64,000 nucleotides of DNA, taken from assembly GCA_965223505.1 (NCBI GenBank), contig CBDCWP010000042.1:32001-96000 (forward strand). The letters are read 5' to 3'. Under the pieces are notes generated by a model. It made no database searches. It was not told the origin of the DNA and worked only from the letters and a program-made list of their open reading frames with translations. Within the stretch, counting starts at the first letter, position 1. Every line of letters begins with the position of its first letter. The position numbers and the translations under genes are program-made. Source of the stretch: Planctomycetota bacterium. Its GTDB lineage: Bacteria; Planctomycetota; PLA2; JAEUHO01. This document shows, one piece after another, positions 30,036 to 39,901 of this stretch.

Positions 30036-30763
30036 GCGTCGCCGAAGACGACGGGCTCCAGGCCGCGCGTTACGCCGGAGCGCTGGCCGGCCGCGCGAAT
30101 CGCCGCGATGACGCCGGGCAGGTAGCACGCGCGGGAATTGGCTTCGTGCTGCAACATCAGCCCTTCGTCAGCGCCGCCGAAGTGCACGGTCTGACGCGCC
30201 TCGACGTTGGCGAGTCGCATGCTGTGCACGCGTACGCCGTCGACGTCGAGCCCGCGCGCGGCGTCGCTACTGTCGGGTCCGGAGCGGGCGCCGCGCGCAG
30301 CGAGGCGCTCCGCGGTTCGCTGCGCGGTGCCGGACGGCGCATCGAGCTTGCCCTCGTGATGCGTCTCCACGATCTCGACGCGCGGGAAGTAGCGAACGGC
30401 CTCGTCGGCGAACCGCTGCAACAGCAGCATGCCGAGGGAGAAGTTCGGCGCGATGATCAGGTTGCGCTCCGCGGCCTGCGCCTCCCGGTCGAGGGCGTCG
30501 AGATCCTCCGTCGTGAACCCGGTGGTGCCGATCACGCCGTGCGCGCCGGCTTCGATGATCTTGCGCGCGTTGGCGACCGCGGCGGCGGGGGTCGTGAAGT
30601 CGACCACGACCGTGGCGTCGTTGTCGCGCACGGCGCCGACGAGGTCGTCGTCGACGTCGACGCGGGCGACGAGGGCGATGCCTTCGGCGGCATCGAGGCC
30701 CGGGCACAGGGCCCGGCCCATGCGCCCGTGGGCGCCGGAAAAGACGACGCGGATGTCGCTCAT
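30032..30763 (-). CDS. dapB: 4-hydroxy-tetrahydrodipicolinate reductase
   Basis: GAHGRMG, VDFT, IGTTG, APNFSLG, ETHHEGKLDAPSGTA. Confidence 0.96.
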   Translation of the reverse strand: MSDIRVVFSGAHGRMGRALCPGLDAAEGIALVARVDVDDDLVGAVRDNDATVVVDFTTPAAAVANARKIIEAGAHGVIGTTGFTTEDLDALDREAQAAERNLIIAPNFSLGMLLLQRFADEAVRYFPRVEIVETHHEGKLDAPSGTAQRTAERLAARGARSGPDSSDAARGLDVDGVRVHSMRLANVEARQTVHFGGADEGLMLQHEANSRACYLPGVIAAIRAAGQRSGVTRGLEPVVFGDA

Positions 30764-30787
30764 GCGAGGTTCCTTTCGGCCGACACC

Positions 30788-31222
30788 CTACGCTTCCGCC
30801 GCGAACTGTCGAATCGCGGCGATCTGGCCGCGGGTCTCGATGGATCCGGGACGCCGCGACCGAACGTGCTCGATGGCCTCGTCGGCGCTGTTGCCCTGGG
30901 CGACCAGCCATGCCGCGAGGACGGTGCCCGTGCGGCCCTGGCCGGCGAAGCAGTGGACCGCGACGGCGCGCTCGGCCTCGACTTGCTCGTCGATCCAGTC
31001 GACCGCACGTCGCAAATCCTCCATGGACGGCGTACCGAAGTCGATCAAGGGGACGTGGAAGACGACGAGCCCGTGCTTCTCGGGCTCGCCGAACGCGGGC
31101 CGCTCGGTGAGCGTGAGGACGGCGTCAACGCCCGCTTCGCGGAGCCGGGGCCAGGCGTCGGGCGCAGGCATGGCCATGCCCGCGACGCGTCCGCGCTCGA
31201 TCCAGCTGAAGTTAGGCAGCAT
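30788..31222 (-). CDS. Dual-specificity protein phosphatase family protein
   Basis: VHCFAGQGRTG CX5R active site; RPGSIET..Q. Confidence 0.92.
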   Translation of the reverse strand: MLPNFSWIERGRVAGMAMPAPDAWPRLREAGVDAVLTLTERPAFGEPEKHGLVVFHVPLIDFGTPSMEDLRRAVDWIDEQVEAERAVAVHCFAGQGRTGTVLAAWLVAQGNSADEAIEHVRSRRPGSIETRGQIAAIRQFAAEA

Positions 31223-31407
31223 GGAGGCATGGTTACGCAGGAACGGCCAGCGCGCATCGAAAATCGGACGTGCGGCGAGGTGCGCGTAACCGGCGACCGC
31301 GCCCGGACGATGTCGGTCTGGGGGGCCCGCCGCACTCCACGTGGAAACCAGGGCCGAAGACGGGTTGTGTTGCGGCTGGGACTGAGGCGCCCGTAGCTTC
31401 TTGGGCC

Positions 31408-33267
31408 GTGGGCCCGGAACTTCTCACCATCCTCGCGATCGCCGTCGTCATGGCCAGCGCCATGATCCCCGCGCTCTCCATCGACATGGCGGCCATCGTC
31501 GCCCTGGGGATGCTCGTCATCGGCGGCGTCATCGGCCCGACGGAAGCGGCGAGGGGCTTCGGCAACACCACCCTTCTCACCGTGGCCGGCATGTTCGTCG
31601 TCGCCGAGGCCTTGCACCGCACGGGCGCCGCCGACGGCATTACCAAGCTCGTGCGCCGAAGCGCCGAGAAGGGCCAGCGCTGGCTGCTGTTGGCGCTGCT
31701 GCCGGTCGTGATGGTGCTGTCCGGCATCATGAACAACACGGGCGTCGTCGTCCTGCTGCTGCCCGCGCTCATCACCGCCGCGCAGCAGATGAAGATGAGC
31801 CCCAGCCGCCTGCTCCTGCCGCTCTCCTACGCGTCGATCACCGGCGGGACGCTCACGCTCATCGGCACCACGACCACCCTCCTGGTGAACGGCATCGTCC
31901 AACAGCAGTGGATGAACGCCCGGGACGCCGCCGGCGCCGCTACCGACGCGGAGGAACGCGCGGCTGCGGTCGCCGACATGGACTTCCTCAGCGAGTTCAG
32001 CGACGGCCTGGGCCTGCTCGAGATCCTGCCGATGGGCGCCGTCTTCTGCGTCATCTGCCTCCTGTATCTCGTGTTCGTCGGCCCGAAACTGCTCCCGGAG
32101 CGCAAGGCCTACGCGACCGCCATCACGCCCGGCGGCACGCGTCAATTCCTCACCGAGGTCGTCATCGAGCCGGGCTCGCGCCTCGTCGGCAAGACCCTCG
32201 CCGAGCTCGGCGACCTGACCAAACGCATGCGACTCCTCGAGCTGGTCCGTGGCGAGGAAACCCACTGGCCCCCCTTCCACAAGAAGCCCCTGCAGGAAAA
32301 CGACCTGCTCCTGGTGAAGGGCAGTCCCGACGAGATCGTCAATCTGCTGCAACAGCCCGGCGTCGCGGGCCCGCAGGACCACAGCACGGGCGAACGCGTC
32401 ACCGGCGTCGACATGGCGCTGGCCGAGGTGATGGTCCCACCCGGCTCGAAGCTGGAAGACGCCACCGTCGGCGAAGCCGGCTTGCGCGACACCTACGGAG
32501 TCGTCGTGATCGCGGTGCTGCGCAAGGGCGAACACCTGCGCAAGAACCTGTCTTCGGTCCTGCTGCGCGTGGGCGACATCCTGCTCGTCCAAGGCGGTGT
32601 GAAGGCGATCGACCGACTCGCGCACCAGGAGGGCAACCTCATCTTGCTCGGCGGCAGCGTGCCCGAGGCGCCGCAGCGGGCGAAGGCGCCGCTCGCCATG
32701 CTGGTCGGCGCATCCGCGCTGGTCGCGTCGGCGCTGAATCTCGTGCCGCTCTCCATGGCCGTGCTGCTCGCCGCCGTCTGCCTCGTCGTCGGCGGTTGTC
32801 TGAACAGCACCCAGGCGTACCGCTCGATCAACCTGCGCATCATCGTCGTGCTCGGCTGCATGCTGGGCCTGGGCACGGCGGTCCAGAAGACGGGCCTGGC
32901 GACCGACGTCGCGCACGGCCTCGTGGTCCTGGGCGGCGACTTCGGCGCGATCGGCGTCCTGGCGATGATCTACCTGGCGACGCTGATCGTGACGGAGCTC
33001 GTCACCAACGTCGCGACGGCCGGCATCATGATCCCGATCGCCCTTTCGACGGCGAAGGAGCTGCACGTCTCGCCGACGCCGTTCGTCTTCGCGATCGCCT
33101 TGGCGGCGTCGTGTTCGTTCCTCACGCCGGTCGGATACCAGACGAACCTGCTCGTCTACGGCCCGGGCGGCTACCGCCTCCAGGACTATCTCCGTCTGGG
33201 ATCTCCGCTCTCGCTGCTGCTCTGGGTCACCGCGATTCTGCTGCTTCCGGTGGTGTTCCCGTTCTGA
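31408..33267 (+). CDS. SLC13/DASS family permease with two TrkA-C domains
   Basis: MNNTGVV, GGTLTLIGTTTTLLV, TNVATA, FLTPVGYQTNLLVYGPGGY; start approximate. Confidence 0.9.
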   Translation: MGPELLTILAIAVVMASAMIPALSIDMAAIVALGMLVIGGVIGPTEAARGFGNTTLLTVAGMFVVAEALHRTGAADGITKLVRRSAEKGQRWLLLALLPVVMVLSGIMNNTGVVVLLLPALITAAQQMKMSPSRLLLPLSYASITGGTLTLIGTTTTLLVNGIVQQQWMNARDAAGAATDAEERAAAVADMDFLSEFSDGLGLLEILPMGAVFCVICLLYLVFVGPKLLPERKAYATAITPGGTRQFLTEVVIEPGSRLVGKTLAELGDLTKRMRLLELVRGEETHWPPFHKKPLQENDLLLVKGSPDEIVNLLQQPGVAGPQDHSTGERVTGVDMALAEVMVPPGSKLEDATVGEAGLRDTYGVVVIAVLRKGEHLRKNLSSVLLRVGDILLVQGGVKAIDRLAHQEGNLILLGGSVPEAPQRAKAPLAMLVGASALVASALNLVPLSMAVLLAAVCLVVGGCLNSTQAYRSINLRIIVVLGCMLGLGTAVQKTGLATDVAHGLVVLGGDFGAIGVLAMIYLATLIVTELVTNVATAGIMIPIALSTAKELHVSPTPFVFAIALAASCSFLTPVGYQTNLLVYGPGGYRLQDYLRLGSPLSLLLWVTAILLLPVVFPF

Positions 33268-34303
33268 ACACCAGCGGCACGTCGCGGGTCGCTCTGCGCG
33301 CCTGCGCGACGTGGGCCACGATCACGAGGAACGCGACGCCGCACGTCGCCGCGAGTCCAAGCCGGTTCGAAACCAAGATCACGGCGACGGCCGTCAGCGA
33401 CAGCAGGCCGTAGCGAAGCGCGACGGCAACGTGCGAGGCGCCGGCCTTCGTCAATCGTTGGTGGAGGTGGTTGTTGTGCGCCTGCGTCAACGACACGCCG
33501 TTGCGGAGCTTGTCCCACAGGCCGCCGGCGACGTCGCCGACGCAGATCAACAGCGGCGCACTGGCCAGCGCCCACGGCAACGAGGCCGGTTGCACGCTTC
33601 CGCCCTGGTACCGCAGCGCGAGCGTCGCGGCGAGAAAACCCAGTACGTGCGTCGCAGCGTCGCCCGGGAACACCCGCGCCGGGCTGACGTTCCAGAACGC
33701 CATGCCGGTGAGCGCGGCCGCGGTGACCGCATAGAGCCCTCCGCTCGACGGCCCCGTGCCGCCCCCCGCGCCGACGCCCAACAGCACGACGCAAACGCTC
33801 GCGGTGATCAGATCGATCCCGTCCATGAAGTTGATCAACGTCACGACGGCGAAGATCCACAGCCACGTCATGAAGGGCGTCGCCTCCACGCCGAAGTCCA
33901 ACGCGCCGAACGGACCGATCGCGTCACCGGACCATTCGAGACCCAGGAAGACCGGTATCGCCGCCACCACCGCCTGTGCGCCGAACTTGGCGCGAGTTCG
34001 CAGGAGGCCTCGATCATCCAAGAGGCCGATGAAGAAGAACAACATGCAGGGGACGAGGTAGGCGTCCCACGGCACGCAATCCGGTTCCAAGCCCGCCCCG
34101 GCGCCCCGCGCCACGAACGCTCCGGCCAGCAAGCCGACCAACAGCCCTATGCCCCCGACGCGCGGCACGGGTTGGTCATGGCTCTTGCGAGCATCGGGTT
34201 CGTCGACGAGCCCCCAACGACCGGCATACCTGACTGCGATCCCCGTCGCGCCCCACGCGCAGATCAGCGCGCATCCCATGGCTAGCGCGATCGTGGCCGG
34301 CAT
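33227..34303 (-). CDS. MraY/WecA family (glycosyl transferase family 4) polyprenyl-phosphate HexNAc-1-P transferase
   Basis: RKSH..PVPRVGG, GLLDD, NFMDGID, WNVSPARVFPGD, HLHQRL; GAGGAGG RBS. Confidence 0.9.
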   Translation of the reverse strand: MPATIALAMGCALICAWGATGIAVRYAGRWGLVDEPDARKSHDQPVPRVGGIGLLVGLLAGAFVARGAGAGLEPDCVPWDAYLVPCMLFFFIGLLDDRGLLRTRAKFGAQAVVAAIPVFLGLEWSGDAIGPFGALDFGVEATPFMTWLWIFAVVTLINFMDGIDLITASVCVVLLGVGAGGGTGPSSGGLYAVTAAALTGMAFWNVSPARVFPGDAATHVLGFLAATLALRYQGGSVQPASLPWALASAPLLICVGDVAGGLWDKLRNGVSLTQAHNNHLHQRLTKAGASHVAVALRYGLLSLTAVAVILVSNRLGLAATCGVAFLVIVAHVAQARRATRDVPLVFRTGTPPEAAESR

Positions 34304-34399
34304 CGAACCTCCTCGTGTTGTTCTACCTGCATGGAAGGTCGCTCCGTCCGTATCCTTCCCCGGAAAGGCACGTGGCGCGGACGGCGTCCAGGACGGTGC

Positions 34400-35230
34400 A
34401 TGACCCGATCGACGGCACAGAGCTACGTGGTGGTGGGCGGACGGCCGGACGCCGGACGCCTGCGCACGTTGTGGCGGTACCGCGGACTGGTCCTGAGCTT
34501 CACGCTGCGGGAGCTGCAAGTCCGCTACCGGCAGGCCGTGCTCGGGTTCGCTTGGGCGATCCTGCAACCGGCGGCCTTGACGCTGGTCAGCACGCTGATC
34601 TTCGTACACGTGCTGAGGCTCGACACGGGAGCGACGCCGTATCACCTCGTCGCGTTCACCGCGCTCGTGCCGTGGGCCTTCTTCCAGACCGCGGTCATGG
34701 GCGCCGTACCGGTGCTCGTCAACAACGCGAACCTCGTGCGCAAGATCTGGTTTCCCCGGGAGGCGCTGCCGCTGGCCACGGTCTTCGCCGTGCTCACCGA
34801 TCTCGGCGCCGGACTCGGCGTGTGGATCGTTCTCCTGCTCTGCCACGGTGTCTCGCTCGGGGCGCCCTTGCTCTGGGTGCCGGTGCTGCTGCTGATCCTC
34901 CTCGTGTTCACCGCGGCGTGCGCGCTGCTCGGCGCCGCCGTCAACGTGCGGTTCCGCGACGTGAAGCATGCGCTCCCGTTGTTGTTGCAGCTCTTGTTCC
35001 TCGCGACGCCGATCGTCTACCCGCTCGCGACCGTCCCGGCTGCCTGGCAGGCGATGTTCGAGCTCAACCCGCTGGTCGCCGTCGTCGAAGGACTGCGCGA
35101 CGTCGGTCTCGACGGCGCGCATCCCGACCCGGCTCGCACGATGATCGGCGCGGGCGTCGCGCTCGTCTGCCTCGTCGCCGCCTACGTCATCTACACGCGC
35201 GTCGACCAACGCTTCGCGGACGTCGTGTGA
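34400..35230 (+). CDS. ABC-2 type polysaccharide export permease (Wzm/RfbA-like)
   Basis: RYRQAVLGFAWAILQP, FPRE.LP, FRDV, ATPIVYP, LNP, FADVV. Confidence 0.92.
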   Translation: MTRSTAQSYVVVGGRPDAGRLRTLWRYRGLVLSFTLRELQVRYRQAVLGFAWAILQPAALTLVSTLIFVHVLRLDTGATPYHLVAFTALVPWAFFQTAVMGAVPVLVNNANLVRKIWFPREALPLATVFAVLTDLGAGLGVWIVLLLCHGVSLGAPLLWVPVLLLILLVFTAACALLGAAVNVRFRDVKHALPLLLQLLFLATPIVYPLATVPAAWQAMFELNPLVAVVEGLRDVGLDGAHPDPARTMIGAGVALVCLVAAYVIYTRVDQRFADVV

Positions 35231-35979
35231 TGGGCGCCGTCGACGTCAAGGACTGCAGCAAGTCGTACAGGCGCGGCATCGCGGCGTACGGCACCTTTCG
35301 GGACACCCTCGCTCGCATCGCCGGGGCATCGAAACGAAACGGCACGGTCGTCCGCGCACTCGACGACGTGACGGTCGCCGTCGAGCCCGGCGAGATGCTC
35401 GGCATCGTCGGCGACAACGGCGCCGGCAAGAGCACGCTGCTCAAGGTCATCGCCCGAATCACGCCGCCCGATCAGGGTCGCGTGGAAGTGCGAGGCCGGC
35501 TCTCCGCGTTGATCGAGGTCGGCGCGGGGTTTCATCCGGAGCTGACCGCGGCGGAAAACGTGATGCTGCACGGCTCCATTCTCGGTCTCTCGCGCAGCAC
35601 GCTCCGTGCGGCGATGCGCGAGATCGCCGCGTTCGCCGGGCTCGAGGACGGCATGGACACGCCCGTGAAGTTCTTCAGCACGGGCATGTACGCGCGACTG
35701 GGCTTTGCCGTCGCGGTCCACGCGCAACCGGGCGTCCTGCTGGTGGACGAGGTGCTCTCCGTCGGCGACGTGTCGTTTCGCGAAAAGTGCTACGAGCGCA
35801 TCGGCGAGCTGAAGCGGGGCGGCACCGCGATCCTCTTCGTGAGCCACGATCTGCCTGCGGTGTCGTCGCTCACGGACCGGGCCCTGTGGCTGGATCGCGG
35901 CCGGATCGTCGAGCAGGGCGCGGCCGAGCGCGTCGTCGCGGCCTATGCCGCAGGGCGGAAGGGCGTCGAACCGGCCTGA
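35230..35979 (+). CDS. Polysaccharide ABC transporter ATP-binding protein (Wzt-like, no C-terminal carbohydrate-binding domain)
   Basis: GDNGAGKST, GAGFHPELT, FSTGMYARLGFA, DEVLSVGD, VSH; TGATG coupling with wzm. Confidence 0.92.
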   Translation: MGAVDVKDCSKSYRRGIAAYGTFRDTLARIAGASKRNGTVVRALDDVTVAVEPGEMLGIVGDNGAGKSTLLKVIARITPPDQGRVEVRGRLSALIEVGAGFHPELTAAENVMLHGSILGLSRSTLRAAMREIAAFAGLEDGMDTPVKFFSTGMYARLGFAVAVHAQPGVLLVDEVLSVGDVSFREKCYERIGELKRGGTAILFVSHDLPAVSSLTDRALWLDRGRIVEQGAAERVVAAYAAGRKGVEPA

Positions 35980-36073
35980 AACCGGCGCACCCGGACGGGG
36001 TATAAGAGAGCAAGCGGCGTCCCGGGGGTTCGTCTCGGGGACGGTACGGGCACGCCGGCGCGGAGGATCTCGG

Positions 36074-37291
36074 ATGGACGAGCTGCTCGAAGGGCCGTTG
36101 GCCGTCGCCCACCTGCTTCGGCGCGCCGGATTCGGGCCCGATCCCGCGACCTGGGCATCGCTCTCCAAGCTCGAGTACGAAGACGTCGTCGACAAGCTCA
36201 TCGCGGGTCTCGACACGCCCGTCGCGGCGGATCCCGACGGCTTCGACGCCTACGTGCCGGGCGCGATCGGGCAGCTCTGGCTCGAGCGCATGCTCGGCGG
36301 GCGCGGCGTCCTCGCCGAGAAGCTCGCGCTGTTCTGGCACGGCCACTTCGCCACGTCGCAGACGAAGATCAAGGACCCGCAGCTGATGTGGACGCAGTAC
36401 AAGCTGTTCCGCGAGAAGGGTGCCGGTCCGTTCGACGAGCTCGTGCTGGGTGTCGCGAAGGACGTCGCGATGATTCGCTGGCTCGACGGCAACGCGAACC
36501 GCAAGGGTCACGCCAACGAGAACTGGGCGCGCGAGCTGCAAGAGCTCTTCACCCTCGGCATCGGCAACTACACCGAAGAGGACATTCGCGAGATCGCCCG
36601 CGCGTTCACGGGTTGGGGGAGCCGGCACCACGACTTCGTGTTCCGCGCGCAATTCCACGACGACGGGCCCAAGACGTTCCACGGCAAGACCGGCAACTTC
36701 GACGGCGACGACGTCGTCGAGATCATCACCGAGCTGCCGGCGTGCGCGACGTTCATCTGCCGCAAGCTGCTCGTGTTCTTCTCCCATCCCGAGCCGACCG
36801 ATCACGAGGTCGAAGCGCTGGCGAAGGTGATGCGCGAACAGAAGAGCACCAAGGCGGTGCTGCGGGCGATGTTCCTCTCGCCGTCGTTCCGCTCGACGGC
36901 GAACTACCGCGTGCTCGTGCGCAGTCCGGTCGAGTTCTGCATCGGCGGCCTGCTCGCCGCCGGCGTGAAGAGCGTGCCGCCGTGGATCCACGGCGGGCTC
37001 GACCGCATGGGCCAGATTCCGTTCCACCCGCCGTCGGTCAAGGGCTGGACGTCGGGCACCGGGTGGCTGAGCAGCGGCGCTGTGGTCGAGCGCCTCCGCA
37101 TCGCCGACCGGATCGCCGGTTTCACGACGAAGGGGCTGTCCGAAGCCGAGGTCGAAGCCGCCGCGAAGCGCGTCATCGACACCGCCTTCCAGGGCGACGT
37201 CCCCCCCAAGTTGCAGGCCGCGCTTCAGAGCGCGACCGGCAAGGACCGCATCGCCACGGCGCTCGGAAGCCCCGAGTTCCAGTTGTCCTGA
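36074..37291 (+). CDS. DUF1800 family protein
   Basis: HLLRRAGFG, LFWHGHFATS, NENWARELQELFTLG, ARAFTGW, PPSVKGW, SPEFQ. Confidence 0.92.
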   Translation: MDELLEGPLAVAHLLRRAGFGPDPATWASLSKLEYEDVVDKLIAGLDTPVAADPDGFDAYVPGAIGQLWLERMLGGRGVLAEKLALFWHGHFATSQTKIKDPQLMWTQYKLFREKGAGPFDELVLGVAKDVAMIRWLDGNANRKGHANENWARELQELFTLGIGNYTEEDIREIARAFTGWGSRHHDFVFRAQFHDDGPKTFHGKTGNFDGDDVVEIITELPACATFICRKLLVFFSHPEPTDHEVEALAKVMREQKSTKAVLRAMFLSPSFRSTANYRVLVRSPVEFCIGGLLAAGVKSVPPWIHGGLDRMGQIPFHPPSVKGWTSGTGWLSSGAVVERLRIADRIAGFTTKGLSEAEVEAAAKRVIDTAFQGDVPPKLQAALQSATGKDRIATALGSPEFQLS

Positions 37292-37348
37292 GGTCCGCAG
37301 GAGGCCTCCCCATAGAATTCCCCGCGTAGCCGCGGAAAGGAGTGTTCG

Positions 37349-38512
37349 ATGTTTCTGGATCGCCGCGAATTCATGGCCGCCGTCGCAGCGGGTGGGTCCG
37401 TGCTGGCCCTCCCCCGCCTCGGCTTCGCCGACGAGGCAGGGAAGTCGACGACGGGCAAGACCATCGTGCTGTTGCACCTCAACGGCGGCAACGACGGCCT
37501 GAACACCGTCATCCCCTACAAGGATTCGAACTACCGCCGCCTGCGGCCCGCGCTTGCGATCGACCGCGGCCAGGTGCGCAAGATCTCCGACGACCTCGGC
37601 CTGCACCCGGCCCTACAGGGTCTCGAGACGCAGTTCAAGAAGGACCGGCTCGCCATCGTCAACGGCGTCGGCTATCCGAACCACAACTACAGCCACTTCC
37701 GGTCGACGGAGATCTGGTTCACCGCCGAGCCCGACAAGACGCCGACCTACGGTTGGATGGGCCGCGCCCTCGACACGCGCCCGTCCGAGAAGCCGCTGCG
37801 TGCGGTGGCCCTGCAGAAGGAGCAGCCGCTCAGCCTCGCTTCGGGATCGCCGGGCGTCGTCACGATGACGGACTTCTCCAAGTTCCGCGTGCCGAGCAAT
37901 CTGCAAGGCGTCGCGAAGCTGTACGGCGACTACGCGGCAATGGACGGCGCGCGCAAGGACGTCGGTGACGCCGGCGCCGAGGCGATTCGCGTCGCGAAAC
38001 GGATCGCACGCCTGAAGCCGGCCGGAGGTCCGTTCTACGGACGCATCGGCCAAGACGTTCGGAAGGTCATCGCCCTGCTGCAGGCGGACCTCGGCATCGA
38101 GTGCATTCAGTTCTCGATGGGAGGCTACGACACGCACGCCAACCAGTCGGGCTCGCACAACCAGCTGCTCGCACAGCTCGGCAACAACCTGAACGCGTAC
38201 CAGGATGAGCTCGAGCGGCTCGGCCTGGCGGATCGCGTGGTCACGGTCGTCTTCAGCGAGTTCGGCCGCCGCGTGACCGAGAATCTCTCGGGCGGCACCG
38301 ACCACGGGTCGGCCGGTCCGGTCTTCGTGCTCGGCAAGGGCATCAACGCGGGGTTCCACGGCGCGTATCCGTCGCTGGAGGACCTCGACCGCGAGAACTT
38401 CAAGTACACGACCGACTTCCGCCGCATCTACGCGGCGTTGTTGCAAAACGCGTTCGACCAGGATCCCAAGCCCGTCGTCGGGTCCTTCGAACCTCTGGAG
38501 CTGTTCGCATGA
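37349..38512 (+). CDS. DUF1501 family protein (Tat-exported)
   Basis: DRREFM twin-arginine motif; GGNDGLNTVIP, GGYDTHANQ, SEFGRR, GTDHG. Confidence 0.92.
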   Translation: MFLDRREFMAAVAAGGSVLALPRLGFADEAGKSTTGKTIVLLHLNGGNDGLNTVIPYKDSNYRRLRPALAIDRGQVRKISDDLGLHPALQGLETQFKKDRLAIVNGVGYPNHNYSHFRSTEIWFTAEPDKTPTYGWMGRALDTRPSEKPLRAVALQKEQPLSLASGSPGVVTMTDFSKFRVPSNLQGVAKLYGDYAAMDGARKDVGDAGAEAIRVAKRIARLKPAGGPFYGRIGQDVRKVIALLQADLGIECIQFSMGGYDTHANQSGSHNQLLAQLGNNLNAYQDELERLGLADRVVTVVFSEFGRRVTENLSGGTDHGSAGPVFVLGKGINAGFHGAYPSLEDLDRENFKYTTDFRRIYAALLQNAFDQDPKPVVGSFEPLELFA

Positions 38513-39873
38513 TGCGCACGCACGTCTTCCGTCTGTGTCTCCCGGTTCTCCTTTGCGCGCTCGCGGCGGCAGGCCCCGCGTTCGCGGACGGCGACGCGGC
38601 GCCCGAGCCCAAGGCCGCCCCGGCGGTGAGCTTCGATCCGAAGAACTTCGAGCTTCTGCCGTTGAATGACATCGAGCGCGCGAAGCTCAATCGCGAGCAT
38701 CCGACGATCGTTCAGCGCCTGCAGTATCTCGGCAAGCGCTCCGCGAAGCTCGACAAGCAGTACCAGGACCGCAAGAACAAGCGCGACGACGGATCCAAGA
38801 AGCTCTTGAAGGAGCGCGATCGCGTGCGCGCGCAGGTCGGCAAGCTGATGGCCACGGCGCTGGAGACCCTGGAGCCGTACGGCGTGAATACCCACGTGCT
38901 CGAGCTCATCGAGCAGGCGCCGCAAGGACCCGCGCGCGTCGAGCGCTATGCGCAGCGACTCGTGTTGGCCCTACCGTCGCTCGACGACGTGCAACGCGAG
39001 ATGTTCGAGGAGATCGTCGCTCAGGTCGACGGCGCGTACCTCGCGCTGCAAGCAGAGCGCAATCGACTGGATCTGGCGCTCAAACAGTCCGGCCTCGACC
39101 GCGGTCAGATCAACGCGCTCGTGCGGACGACGGACCAGCAGCGCCGCGTGATCGAGAAGCGCTTCTGGCGCCTGGTGGACTACTGCCTCACGACCGAGCA
39201 GCGCGTGGCCCTCAAGGATCTGCTGCCGACGCGCTACGCCCGCGTCGAGAACGGCATCGAGCACATGTACGGCCTGCCCGGGCTTTCCCCGTCGCAAGGC
39301 ACACGGTTGCGCGCCCTCGTGACGGAGGTGCAGGCCGAGAACGCGCCGGACCAGGCGCTCGTTCGCGCACACGGCGCGGCGTTGAACAAGCGCGACCTCT
39401 CCAAGGAGGAGCGCGCAACGCTCAACCGAGAGCGCGGTGAAGCCTACCGCCGCATGCAAACGCTCAACATCTTCCTGAATGACTCCGTTCGCGAGGTTCT
39501 CACCGAGGAGCAGTACCTCGCCTACAAGGCGATCCCTCCGCGCGTTTCCACCAACGATCGCCGCGAGGCGTTGAACCGCATGCTCCAGGGCATGCCGATC
39601 AGCGCCGCGCAACGCGACGACATCCGCAAGCTGCAGCGCGAGTTCAGCCAGGAGCGCAGGGAGATCAACCAGCGCATGAACGAGATCCGCCGCAAGGGCG
39701 CGGACTACGGACCGGACTCGCCGCAGCAGGGCATGATGCAGATGATGATGGCGGGCGCGCAGGCCGAGTCGCAGGCCGCGATGCGGCGGCTCATCGGGCG
39801 GGTCTTCCTCGACGTCTTCACCCCCGACCAGGTCAGCGGTTGGGTGCTCGGGCTGTACGGCCGGAGGAAGTAG
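38509..39873 (+). CDS. Hypothetical secreted helical protein
   Basis: Signal peptide ending AFA; Spy/CpxP-like LT.EQ motifs; overlaps the DUF1501 stop (ATGA). Confidence 0.7.
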   Translation: MMRTHVFRLCLPVLLCALAAAGPAFADGDAAPEPKAAPAVSFDPKNFELLPLNDIERAKLNREHPTIVQRLQYLGKRSAKLDKQYQDRKNKRDDGSKKLLKERDRVRAQVGKLMATALETLEPYGVNTHVLELIEQAPQGPARVERYAQRLVLALPSLDDVQREMFEEIVAQVDGAYLALQAERNRLDLALKQSGLDRGQINALVRTTDQQRRVIEKRFWRLVDYCLTTEQRVALKDLLPTRYARVENGIEHMYGLPGLSPSQGTRLRALVTEVQAENAPDQALVRAHGAALNKRDLSKEERATLNRERGEAYRRMQTLNIFLNDSVREVLTEEQYLAYKAIPPRVSTNDRREALNRMLQGMPISAAQRDDIRKLQREFSQERREINQRMNEIRRKGADYGPDSPQQGMMQMMMAGAQAESQAAMRRLIGRVFLDVFTPDQVSGWVLGLYGRRK

Positions 39874-39901
39874 ACCGTTGCGCCCGTGGTAAGAAGCGGG
39901 C

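Noticed and set aside
33227..33267. Convergent 3' overlaps (SLC13/WecA; also lgt/DUF5658 at 13116-13141)
   Set aside because: Short tail-to-tail overlaps are common in compact high-GC genomes, and there is no sign of special function.
34304..35209. N-terminal extension of the WecA-like ORF (660 aa call)
   Set aside because: It is antisense to the Wzm permease; a strong RBS and ATG are present at 34303.
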